NCBI GenBank assembly: GCA_030390025.1
Contig: CM059426.1
Coordinates: 164,486,001-164,550,000, forward strand
Direction: 5' to 3'
DNA from: Squalus acanthias
Taxonomy: Eukaryota
DNA length: 64,000 nucleotides
The position numbers were made by a program, and so were the translations under genes. Of this stretch, positions 1 to 13,000 are shown one piece after another. A model generated the notes under the pieces. The model did no database searches. It was not told the DNA's origin and saw only the letters and a program-made list of their open reading frames with translations. The first letter of the stretch is position 1; each line of letters opens with the position of its first letter.

Positions 1-860
1 CACATGCCCCAGAATCCAGTCCCTGGGAATTGAACAGAGACTCAACCAAGTAGCAGAGCCCGAGAAAGCATAGTCACTCTGTACACATTATATGACTCCC
101 AAAATAGACCTATGACAGTTTGTGTGTTACTGATGGACAATATGCAGAAATGGGCTGGGAGGACAAGACTTAAACAGAAAGTCAGTGCATGTTTTGTGAA
201 TGACCCGTTTTGCTGACAGTCAAAAACATCTCACTGTAAAGGCAACCAAATTTTCTGATTGGACAAAAACTTTGCTCCCACACAGCCTTCTGTCCAGAAA
301 TCAGGGTCAGGTAAAAAAAAAGTTTCAGGACAGCCACCATACATCACATTTCCCTGTGTCTTATTAAATAGGTAAGTCCATACTTCGAGGTTCAACAGTT
401 TTAATTTTCAAATTCTCTAACTTACTCCCTACCTCGCCCCAACTCTTTCTGCTCCCCAGTTTCAAAAGGGAAAAGGCTATTGGTGAGCAATGGCACTGGA
501 GTACAGTTAATAATTCTATGCCAGCGGAGTACTGTATAGATTAGATTCCCTGTGCCTGCCATCAGCCGAGTGTGAGTCATGCCACTGCTCAACAGGGGTG
601 CATATCATGTCATGAAGAGTGATTTCTTTGAACAGATTTTTGCCATAAATTACATGGTTGAGGTGTTAATGGGAAGAAGTCTAAATTTAAGGCGATTATC
701 CACAACATATCTCTTCTCCATTGCATATCCTTTCCCTTTAAATGAAACAGCTGATTATTTTACCATTTAGGAGTCATTTCTAGTTGCCTTCTATCCGCAA
801 AGATAGTTCCAATAAGACTAAGTTATTCAAAAGTGGAAAACATCAGTGAACGTTACTTAC

Positions 861-1030
861 CAAGTTGTGCCCAGAGAGGATTGTACGGATGCGATTTTCC
901 CAACAAGTCCACATTCTGTGATGCATGTTTCTCATAAAAGGCCTTTATAGGTGGATGGTCATTCGGCATAACTGTGGGAACCCAGGCTAGGTGATATGTG
1001 AGCACAGCTGTTAGCAAAGCTGAAAGGAAT
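861..1030 (-). CDS. FNIP2: FNIP2 exon 13 (170 nt): [57 protein letters not shown]
   Basis: Acceptor taattcag, donor GTAAGT. Confidence 0.96.
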
Positions 1031-4000
1031 CTGAATTAGGGGAAAAAATAAAAATAAGTTTTAAAAAACTGCCTGCTCGCACCAGCAAAGAAGCTTTTCT
1101 AATACTGGGATTGGTGAAAATGGAACACGGAATCACCAAATGACACCTGGGATGAAGCGATTGCTATGTTAAGAGACTAGGTATACTGGAGTATAGTCCC
1201 CAGAGAAAGGTGGTTAAGGGAAGATCTAAGCAAGGTTTTTATTTTAAGGAATTTACAGGGTGGATAAGGAGTACTTTTTCCTCTAATAGTGGAATCCAAA
1301 ACAAGGAGACCATAATACGAGAAAAACTTCTTTACACCAAGAGTTATGAGAATGTAGAAAGTACTGCCCCAGAAGGTCATGAATATAAAAGTTAATTGAC
1401 TGGTTTAAAAGGGAGATACTTACTTGAGAAATAAAGCAATTAAGGGATATACAGAAAAGGCAGGGATTTGGAATTAAAAAGATAAGAGCTGCCATGGCTA
1501 AGAAGTATGGTGGGGTAGGCTCGACAGGCCAAATGGCCTACTCCTGTTCAGATTGTTGTGTGCTCTAAAACTCTCCTTTACAAAAACTCCCAGCTCAGAA
1601 GCATTCACTCAAGAAAGAGTTAAATATTCTAGTTCACTCCAATAGCATAGCAAATTCAGTTGCTAGAGAAAATCAAAATGCTTGAAACACATGGCGGGTT
1701 GTTCCGTATCCGAGACAAAGAAGATGGGTTAATGTTTTGGATATGACCAACGTTGTAACCATATAGGAACGGAGGGCAGGAGTCGCCAAAAATGAAGAAT
1801 GTCCATAGGTAGAGAGTAATGTGCCTGTGCACATAGCTGTAGTCCATAGAAAATTTATCTGCAAGTATCTACCACTGTACGACTAAACTTTGAGCACTTT
1901 GTGCATTCACTGGCATTATGAGTCAGCACGTTTGAAGTTTATTTCAACATTCTAGAGTACCATATACATACTGATTCTTTGACATATGCTCTATCAGTAA
2001 GGTGAAATCTCTGACAAAGCGATGGCATAACCGACTCTTTTCCGACGTGTTAAACATCATGGTAAGCCATGCGGGCTCGGTGATCCTTGGGACTGTGTAA
2101 AGATTGCATATAGTGGTCCTGCAAAGCAAAAACATACATTTTAAAAACATTAGCCATCCCTTAAAAGAATTTTCTGTAAAATATAACCTATGCTATCCCT
2201 TAATTAGTTGTAATGTGTTGCTTTTCATACAATAGTTTAAAAATGGATACATTTGGCTTGCAATCCACACTTACGTAATGATCCTTTTACAATTTCTTCA
2301 AATGTTTATTTTTTGCAAAGTGAAACTTATCCTTATGTTTAACATGTGCATATGCGCTTAAATGATGGCCTTATACCATAACAGTATAAATTAAAGCAGT
2401 CAATATGTCCAGTGCATATTTTTAATGAGAGTCGGGAGTGAGAGGCAAAGTCCATGGCTTGAGATGGGCAAGAGGCTTAAGCAGGTAGCATTGCTCAGGC
2501 TGGGGTATGTCAGATCGAGATAGTGGGCTTACATAGGGCATGAGAGCAGATCCAGTAGGGCTTGCAAGTCAGTGGAGCAAGAATGGGGGTGGGAAGCAGT
2601 CAGGTTAGGGTCAAGCCAGGAGGGAATGGCGGTGTGGGGCTTATGCTGCTGCGGAGTGGGAAGGAGCAGGGGAAGTCCAGGGCCTTGGATCATGCAATGG
2701 TGTGAAGGAGCTGGTTTACGTCACAGTACAATTCCATGTATTGTGAGGGACACTGGAACCACTCTGGCTCCTGGGAGTTCCAGTTCAGTTACTCGGCACC
2801 TATCAGAAAGGCTGTGAAGTATCCAACAAAACAAAGAAAAGTTGTTGGAGCAATGGGGAGATGGGACAGAAACATCAGATATTTTCCAAATCGTTAACTT
2901 TTTGGTGTTGATGTTAGATCGCTTTTAGTGATATATAGTAGGGATGGCTGTAATCTTGTTGGAACGATTGAGGAAAATGATTTTGCACAATGATCGATTA
3001 ATAAAACTAGAAAATAACCAATTAGAAAAAGAGTAAGAACAGATTTAAATATTTAATCAACAAGGAAGATTGACGATAGAATGACAGATGATACCTAACG
3101 TACAAGTGAGACAAGAAATATAAATATACAGAGTACACATTTCACTAAGTGACCAAGAAGGAGTTTAAAAAAGGTGAGTTGATGGCATCCATGTAAAAAT
3201 GCCCAAGATATCAGACCAGAAAAGTTGCAAATTGCTTCCTAGTATCACACATTATACAGTTCATCTGACTATTGGCTACAATGAATTCTACAGGGCTAAT
3301 ATCCCTTTAAGATTACATGATTAACGAGAGACAACCCTGAGCTTGGATAGACTTCAGTGGAATAGATTCAAGATAACTGTTACAACACTTTACAAGCATT
3401 ATATTGGTTCAACAAGTTTCTCTAGTGAGTAAACTAGCCACACAGACCAGGAAGATCCAGGATTACACGTGTTTAATGGATCCCAGGCAAGTCAATGGTA
3501 GAGTGCTGTAATTGGGCTCAGTGCCCTTGGATTAGGAAGAGGAAATTTGGCCAGTGTTCTCACTGCTAGTTTCTACCTCGCAATTCCCGCTACAAATGTA
3601 CATTGTGTAGATGTCATGAGGTCAGGATCAGACTTGGCAGTCAAATAACCTGTCAGCACTCATTGTTGATGCCACTTGAGCAACACACAAAGAATTATAC
3701 CCAGAAAAGAGAGGACGAAAAAACATTGACAAAAAAAATTCAAGAAATCTATATACAGTTTCAACAAACAAGGTTCCAATGTCACTTTCTTTTTGTGATC
3801 TTCTCAATTACATAAAAGTATGTCATATCTGTGCTTGCGTGACCTCAGTTCTAGTCGGGCACGACACATCTTGATTTGACTTTTATATAACCCTTATTCA
3901 CCAAGTTTCTCAGTTTTATTACATATCAAGTGTACAAGTCAAGTTCATTTGTTTGCCACCTCACTGCATTGATTCTTCCCAATCAAATGTTCTCTTCTTC

Positions 4001-7000
4001 CCCTGAAGGTCGTCTTATGCTGGGTCCTGGTTCACCAGCAGCATCCTCTGGTACATTACCCAAGCAGCCATTCATCATTTGTGACCTTAGACAGCGAGTG
4101 CTAGTGGGCTATTCAACTGCAGAGCCCTCTCACACAAACGCACGCAGGGCAGCAACAATTGGGAACCCCGCCTGAATTGTCCCCTCCCTTGCCCAGGATA
4201 GGGCTAGTTGTGGTGCTTCTACCACGGTCCCAGCTAAGAGCAGCCAACTCCACACAAGGTCATAATTTGGTCAGTTGCACATAGCACAGTAGATTTACCA
4301 GAGTCCGAGCCATTATGGTGCAAATTATTTATGTTTAATATGGAATTTATGCTGTTGATGTCATCCATTACTAGTTAATTAGATTTAAAAACCATCTCCC
4401 ACTAATTTACTTAAAAAAAAAAATCAAGGTCATAGACAGAGTGTAGAAGAGATTCACTAAAATGATACCGGGGGGGGGGGGGGAAAGAGACTAGCGAAAC
4501 AGAGGCTCTTTTCCTTAGAACAAGGTGGTTAAGAGGAGAGCTAATAGGAGGTATTCAAAATTATGAGTCTAGATTATTAACATTTTTAAAATTTAATCTT
4601 GGCATCCACTGGAGTCTAGTGATTCCCAGGCCTAAATCAAAGTTGAGACACTCATCTGGTCCATTTTTCTGCACCTCTGAGACCGATTTAAAAAGAAGAC
4701 ATTTATAACTCTTCCCTCTGAACCAGGGGCTGAGATGATATAAATTGGGACAAATTATTTCCACTGTTCAGTGAGTTGGTAAACCAGAGGGAATACATTT
4801 CTGCTCATCAAAAGCATGAAAGGCAAGGATGCATAGAATTTTACAGCACAGAAACAGGTCATTCGGCCCAACAGGTCTATGCTGGTGTTTATGCTCCATA
4901 CGAGCCTGCTCCCACTTTACCTCATCTCAGCGTATCCTTCTATTCCTTTCTCCCTCATGTACCATTGCCCCACCAGAAACAGTTGAAGCAGAATTCATGA
5001 GATTATAAAATGGAAGTGGATTAATATTTGCAAAAGTAAAATTAAAAGACGTAAATGTACAGTCCTTTGCAAGCCGACTCAGGTTCGATGGGCTGAGCTG
5101 TAAAATTCTAAATTATGATGGAAGACTGAGGCAGGTCACCAAAGATTGTCTATCCAAAATAATGATGGGGAAAGCGTTCAAATATCTTGTGCCAGGTTAC
5201 CACCCAGCCCAAGACTCAACCTATTGAATTTTCTTCGCCTCTGCAAATACCTCACACCTCATGTGAAAAAAACTGAACCAATTTTAGGTTAGCTGTAAGC
5301 TTTGCCACATCTCAGCCCCTGGTTCAGAGGGAAGATTTATAAATTTCTTCTTTTTAAAATCGGTCTCTAGGAGGTGCAGGAAAATGGACCAGATGAGAGT
5401 CACACAACTTTGATTTAGGCCAGGGAATTGCTAGACTCCAGTGGATGCCAAGATTAAATTTTTTTAAAAAGTTATTTGTAAATTATCCTTTAATGCTACT
5501 ACAATATTGGTTGAGTAATTCTAGTAATAAATTAATTAGTCAATGCAGAAAATCACAGCACTAATAAATCTAGCTCTAGGTTTACAACATTTCAGTTATT
5601 GTTTTTTGGGAGGGGGGGGGGGGGGGGGGGGGGGATGGATTGCAGATAAACAAAACTACACGAATCCCTTCAAAATCTCACCTGAATTCTCCCAGGCCCT
5701 CCATTACCCGGTTGATGTAAACTTGCACTCTCTGACTAGATTCTGCAATCTTTCTGCAGGAAATCATTGCCTACCAAAAAAAGAAAAGGTTTTAACGAAT
5801 ACACATTAAGAACTCATGCGTTATTCTTTGTGTTCAAAATGACAGATTTCAGTGCTGATAAATGGGACGTTTCTGCCCACTTTTATTACTTAAACGTCTG
5901 CAAGACAAGTGCAGACAAAGTAAAGCTACTTCACTCTGCACTCACAAGGCATCTCAACCCAAGCTATGAAGGGTGCCCCCCTATGGCGCAAATTTTCCTA
6001 TTTCCTACACTAGCAATTAGCATAGCTTTGTAGAATATCATTCAGTGCTAGTTGTGGCAAACCACAGGGTGTTATGAGCAGTTCCATGCCACGGAGTCAC
6101 GATTAATGCAGTTGAGATCACCTGAACTCATTCTGTGTAAGACCTTACAAGAGGGAGAGGGGTTCATTCAATAAATCCAGAATGGATTCAACACAAATGA
6201 ATGCAGCCACACCATTATACAGATGCCATATGATGCAGCTTTACTAAAAAAATATATATTTTAAAAGTCTATTAACAGGGTGGAAAAAATTAACTTAATG
6301 CGCAAACTTGGGGTAATCACTAGGCTTGAAAAGACATCCACCAATAAAATTAACATAGATGGAGAAAAATTGAGTAAAACAGCAATCGCTTGGTACCTTC
6401 TCAATTGCACTCTTCAGCTTGTTCAGGTGAGTCTCAAAGAGAGGGAAATGTGAGAAAAAGAACTCCTGAAAAGTCTTGTTCTCCTCTTCTTTCTCTGGCA
6501 AAGAGAAAACAACACTGATGGCAATCTTCTTCCTCCGGACCATCTGAGGGTTGGAAGTATAGCTCTCATCTGCCATACTGAATGTCTCCTCAGCTGACCT
6601 TGTAATAAGGACACATTAAACACAAATAAACCAAAATCAGTCATTGTGAAAACATGAATATAGGAACACATTAATGTCTGCACCAGTGAGTAGGGACTCC
6701 TCAATTGTAATTGAAAAAAGGTTCAGAGCTGAGCAGAAAGTATTTCATATAACTTGTTGTTCCTGATAACAACTTGCATTTATATAGCACCTTTAACATA
6801 GTAAAATGTCCCAAGGGGCTTCACAGGAGCAGTATCAAACAAAAGTTGCCACCGAGCCACATAAGGAGATATTAGGACGGATTTGGTCAAAGAGGTAGGT
6901 TTAAAGGAGTGTCTTAAAAGGAGGGGAGAGGTGGAGAGGCAGAGAGGTTTAGGGAGGGAATTCCACAGCTTGGGCCCAAGGCAGCTAAAAGCAAGGCCAC

Positions 7001-10000
7001 CAATGGTGGAGCAATTAAAATAGAGATGCACAAGAGGCCAGAATTGGAGGAGCGCAGAGATCTCTGAGCATGTAGGGCTGGAGGAGATTAGCGATGGGCG
7101 AGGTCATGGAGCGATTTGAAAACATGGATGAGAATTTAAAAATGGAGCCGTTGCCAGGCTGGGAGCCAATGTAGGTCAGCGAGCAGAGAGTTTTGGATGA
7201 GCTCAAGTGTATGGATGGTGGTAGATGGGAGGCCGACCAAGAGAGCATTGGAATAATCAAGTCTAGAAATTACGAGACAGTGCAATCCCAACAGAATCGA
7301 TTAGAAATATCCTCAATCAACTTCCCATAATCTCTTAAAATATCAATTTCATTAATGTTATAGGTTAGATTATTTCATGAACCACACAGCAGATAGTGAA
7401 AATATTTCCCCAATCTCTACTAACAACAATACCACTATGAAGAACGCCTCCCATTGGTAAAATATTAATTTTTTCCCCCAATTTCCACATATGCCCTCCC
7501 TCTCTGAATGATATTGCTGATTTGTAGGCAGTTTTACTCTGTAGGCCTTAATCATGATATGCTAGCCAACTTTGATTAGTTTAAAAAATGTTTTAATTCG
7601 CCACAGTATTAATAGTTTCTTCCTTCGGATATTTTGTTTTACCTAGACAACCAATAATATCCTGCAAGGTTACATTACAAACTTTACACTTACCACCTGG
7701 GAAAAATGCCATTTTCAAGACTGGTGGTCTGACTGCGTAGCCAGCGTCGCTGGAAACTACTGGCACAGCTACTGGAAAAGGAGGAATTTGGAGAAGGGAA
7801 CGGTGTAATTAGCAGACTACTCAGGGATGCTGCAAGGTGAAACAGAAAAAAACAATTGGTTAGGATGCACTTCAACCACAGAATGCTTCATATAGATAAT
7901 GTAAACACACAATTATATAGCATAACACTACAAAACCACAAGTCCTTTTCCGACTGCACCAGTGTAGCTTCTGAAATAGAAAGTAATTCCATCAAATTGG
8001 GGATTGAAAATAAGGAGCTTCCCCACCTCAAAAACCAGAAAGTTCTGTAAATGCTTTAGATAGAAGCAACATATATTTTAACTAGTTCACTAGCTTCAGC
8101 ACATCATAAGCTTTTATTGAATGAAAAAAAAATCCAGTGAAAAGCTCATATTTCAGGCTCAATAGAACAGCTTTAAAAAAAAATCAATGGGTTACTAACA
8201 TTTTGGTTTTGAATAGATTTTTTTGAACTTAGATTCATGCGTCTAGAAAGTAAATGAAATACATAATCAGCATTTCAAAAAATATATATATACCTGATCG
8301 TGCTATGCCACTGTCTCCATCTTCATTTTGACCTCTGCTTGGCATATCTACAGGCGTACTATGAGCTGTAAGCAGAAAATTCCGTTAGGACCGTCACAAT
8401 GTTTTTGTACTGAAACTGCAATTCTGCTCAGTTGGTAGCACTCTCGCCTCGGAGTCAGAAGGTTGTGGGTTCAAGTCCCACTCCAGGGACTTGAGCACAG
8501 AAATCTAGGCCGACACTCCAGTGTAGTACTGAGGGAATGCTGCACTGTTGGAGGTGCCGTCTTTCGGATGAGACGTTAAACCAAGGCCCGGTCTGCTCTC
8601 TCAAGTGGATGTAAAAGATCCCATGGCACTATTTCGAAGAGGAACAGGGGAGTTATTCCCGGCGTCCTGGCCAATATTTATCCCTCAATCAATTTAACTA
8701 AAACAGATTATCTGGTCATTATCACATTACTGTTTGTGGGATTGTGCTGTGCGCAAATTGGCTGCCACGGTTCCGACATTACAACAGTGACTGCACTCCA
8801 AAAGTACTTCATTGGCTGTAAAGCGCTTTGAGACGTCTGGTGGTCGTGAAAGGCGCTATATAAATGCAAGTCTTTCTTTCCTAATTCACTTGTTATCGGC
8901 AGTTAAATAACCACGGAGGAGGAGGAGGCTAGAATTGTTAGCAATAACAGGAGATACTTTTACATCAAAGATGGGTGCAGCATCAGTATTAGATAAACAA
9001 AGCCACAGCTAACAACACATTCAGATCTCTAGTACAATGGTCTAGTTTTTGAAACTCATCTATGACGCATAAATGTCGCAGTCAGCTCCTTTACAACTTA
9101 AGACATTTAACCAGAACACAATCACAAGATATTTCACAGGGTGCTATGGCTATTATACTGTGTAGAGCATGCTATACTATTCCCCTATCACCTGCAGTGA
9201 AACAATCAATATTGCTCAAGCCATTTTGTTCCTTTTGAAAATCTTACCAATTTGTGCATTTTATCACAGAAAAACTGCTTTTTTTGTAAAAAGCAAAGCT
9301 TTCGCTCAGAGAATGAAACAATAGGTTTTCATATAGCGTCTTTAACGTAGCAAAACGTCCCAGGAGTGTTATAAGACAGAAAATTTGACATCGAGTCACG
9401 TAAGGAGAAATTAGGGCAGGTGACCAAAAGCTTGGTCAAAAGAGGTAGGTTTTAAAGGAGGAAAGAGAGGTAGAGAGGCAGAGAGGTTTAGGCAGGGAAT
9501 TCCAGAGCTTAGGGCCTAGGCAACAGAAGGCACGGCCACCAATGGCTGAGTGATTATAATCAGGGATGCTCAAGAGGGCAGAATTAGAGGAGCGCAGATA
9601 TCTCGGGGGTTGTAGGGCTGAAGGAGATTACAGCGATAGGAGGGGCGAGGCCATGGAGGGATTTGAAAACAAGGATGAGAATTTTGAAATCGAGGCATTG
9701 CTTAACCGGGAGCCAATGTAGGTCAGTGAGCACAGGGGTGATGGGTGAACAGGACTTGGAGAGAGTTAGGACACGGGCAGCCGAGTTCTGGATCACCTCA
9801 AGTTTACATAGGGTAGAATGTGGAAGGTCAGCCAGGAGTGTGTTGGAATAGTCAAGTCTAGAGGTAACAAAGGCAAAACAAATGGCTACAATTCCTTTTC
9901 CTAATTCCTGCTGGAAGTCCATGCATGTGAATATCACTGGATAGCACAATTGGAATTAGTTAGGATTGCTGTGAAAGAGCCAAACACTCCCTGGGCCAAG

Positions 10001-13000
10001 CTCACAATTGAAGAATGGCATTTGGGGAGGTACTAGAGATAATCATGGACTGACTACTAGAGGTAATCATCTCTGCCTTCAGGAGAGAAGCAATGGTGAA
10101 AGACATCAAAGGGCTGAGGCAGATCAATAAAGCAGAGTTTATGCTCACTCTAGTTTAACTGTAACATGACCTCACATATGCATTGAGTACTTGATTGAAA
10201 AATTCTAAAACACAAAAGGCAATTTCCATAAATAATGACATCTGTGCCAAGGTGTTGCTCATTGCAGTGTCATCCAACGCCAAAGAGCGCAGGGAGGTGG
10301 ATTAGAGGCTCCAAACTGTCAAATTTCTATTTGCAGGCATGTGGGCTGATGATGTGTACCTCCTAGTGGCAGGCTAGAAATGACAGTGGTCCAGGTGCAC
10401 ATCACCGGGCCTGGTTGGGCCTGCAAAAGGATTAAAAAGTACTACATGTACTATAATTACAGGGCAACATCTTAAATATAAAAATTGAACTAAAAAAAAA
10501 TAATTCAGATTTCAATAAAGTATTTATTACAATTAATTAACTAACGAGAGAAATACCTCTTATAAAGTCCCAATTTAATTGTTAAGACCCAATTTTAAGA
10601 ATCAATTTCAATCTTCGCCCACTACCCCAACTAACAAGCACCATTACTGAATTGTAAAACACCATCTTCTCCAAGCTGTTACTTAGCTTCGGTCCAGTAA
10701 GATTTCATTTTTCAATTACATCAGTTGGGGAATAAGAAATACATAATGTGCTTAATTAATTTTAAGCGCATTTCTCGGCAGGATTAATACCTCATCATAT
10801 TTTGATGGTACACTGTATGTACCAAAAAAAATTCAAGTTCATTCCTCTGATTGAGATGTGCAAAAACAAATTAAGCACATTTCAGACCAAAAATCTTTTA
10901 CGTTAAAATAATTTTTGTTTTTGCTTCCCAACCTGGATCTTGGGCAATTTTTATTTTTGGATTTTTCCTTATGAATTTGGTTTTATCTTCCTTCTTTAAA
11001 AATTAAAGTTGCCTTTCTAATGTTATATATTAAATGTAGCCAACCTTGGCCTTTATCCTTATTAGGGGGCATTTTGTGTTTGTATTTGTGGAAACCATAA
11101 TGCAAACTACCGCCCCATCTCCAACCTCCCTTTCTTGTCCAAAGTCCTTGAACGTGTTGTCACCTCCCAAATTCGTGCCCGTCTTTCCCGCAACTCCTTG
11201 TCTGAATCCCTCCAATCACAAGTGCCAGGCAATGACGATCTCCAACAAGAGAGTCTAACCACTGCCCCTTGACAATCAACAGCATAACCATCACCAAATC
11301 CCCCATCAACATCCTGGGGGTCACCATTGACCAAAGCGTAACTGGACCAGCCACATAGATACTGTGGCTATGAGAGCAGGTCAGAGGCTGGGTATTCTGC
11401 GGCGAGTGTCTCACCACCTGACTCCCCAAAGCCTTTCCATCATCTACAAGGCACAAGTCAGGAGTGTGATGGAATACTCTCCACTTGCCTGGATGAGTAC
11501 AGCTCCAACAACAAGCAGCTCAACACCATCCAGGAAAAAGCAGCCCGCTTGATTGGCTCCCCATCCACCACCTTGAACATTCACTCCCTCCACCACCAGC
11601 GCACTGTGGCTGCAGTGCACACCATCTACAAGATGCACTGCAGCAACTCGCCAAGGCTTCTTCGGCAGCGCCTCCCAAACCCGACCTCTACCACCTAGAA
11701 GGACAAGGGCAGCAGGCGCATGGGAACACCACCACCTCCAAGTTCCCCTCAAGTCACACACCATCCTGACTGGGAAGCATACCGCCATTCCTTCATCACA
11801 GCTGGGTCAAAATCCTTGAACTCCTTCCTGAACAGCACTGTGGGAGTACCTTCACCACACGGACTGCAATGGTTCAAGGCGGTGGCTCACCACCACCCTC
11901 GAGGGCAATTAGGGATGACAATAAATGCTAGCCTTGCCAGCGACACCCAATTCCATGAACAAATAATTAAAAAAAAGGTTTCTGCCCCTGCCACAGCACT
12001 GAAACACCCCTCAGTCACAAATGACATCCTAGGTGACTGTAAACTATCCCTCCTCATCCTTCTTGGCCTATCTGCTGCCTTTGACATGGTTGACAGCACC
12101 ATTCTCCTCCAATGCCTCTCAGTCATCCAGCTGGGTGATACTGCACTCGCCTGGTTCCATTCTTATCTATCCAGTCATAGCCAGAGAATCACCTGCAATG
12201 GCGTCGCTTCTCTCTTCCGCACCGTTACCTTTAGAGTCCCCCCCTATTTTTCATCCATATGCTGCCCCTTGGCAACATCACCCGAAAACACAAATTTCCT
12301 CCAACTAAATATGTGAAGACCAAAGCCATTGTCTTCAGTCTCCGCCACAAACTCCCTGCTCCCTAGCCACCGATTCCATCCCTCTCCTTGGCAACTATCT
12401 GAGGCTGAACCAGACTGTTCGCAATAAGCTTCCGACCACATATCCTCTCCATCACCTAGAGGCCTGGACTAATAATCCAGAGACACGAGTTCAAATTCCA
12501 CCACTGAGGAATTGGAATTCAAATAATTAATTAAATCTGGACTAAAAAAAAAATAGTATCAGTAATGGTGACCATGAAACTACCGGATGGTCGTAAAAAC
12601 CCATCTGGTGCACTAATGTCTGTTAGGAAAGGAAATCTTCCATCCTTACCTGGTCTGGTCTGTTTGGGACTCCAGACCTAAAATGTGGTTGACTCTCAAC
12701 TGCCCTCTGCGGTTCAAGATTGCAGCTCACCACCAACTTCTCAAGGGCAATAAATGTCGGCCTTGCCAGTGACGCCCACATCCCATGAACGAATAAAAAA
12801 AAATCAAGGCCGCCTACTTCCACCTCCGTAACATTGCCAGACTCCGTCCCGCCTCAGCTCATCTGCTGCCGAAACCCTCATCCGTGACACGGTTACCTCT
12901 AGACTTGACTATTCCAATGCTCTCCTGGCCATCCTCTCATGTTCCACCCTAATTTGAGCTCATCCAGAACACTCCGTATCCTAACTTGCACCACATCCGT

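Noticed and set aside
1656-1900. Overlapping short ORFs with elevated CpG just past exon 12
   Set aside because: No recognisable protein similarity and no convincing splice sites.
10340-10430. C/D box snoRNA (tgatga)
   Set aside because: Antisense to the host gene and lacks a properly placed CTGA D box.
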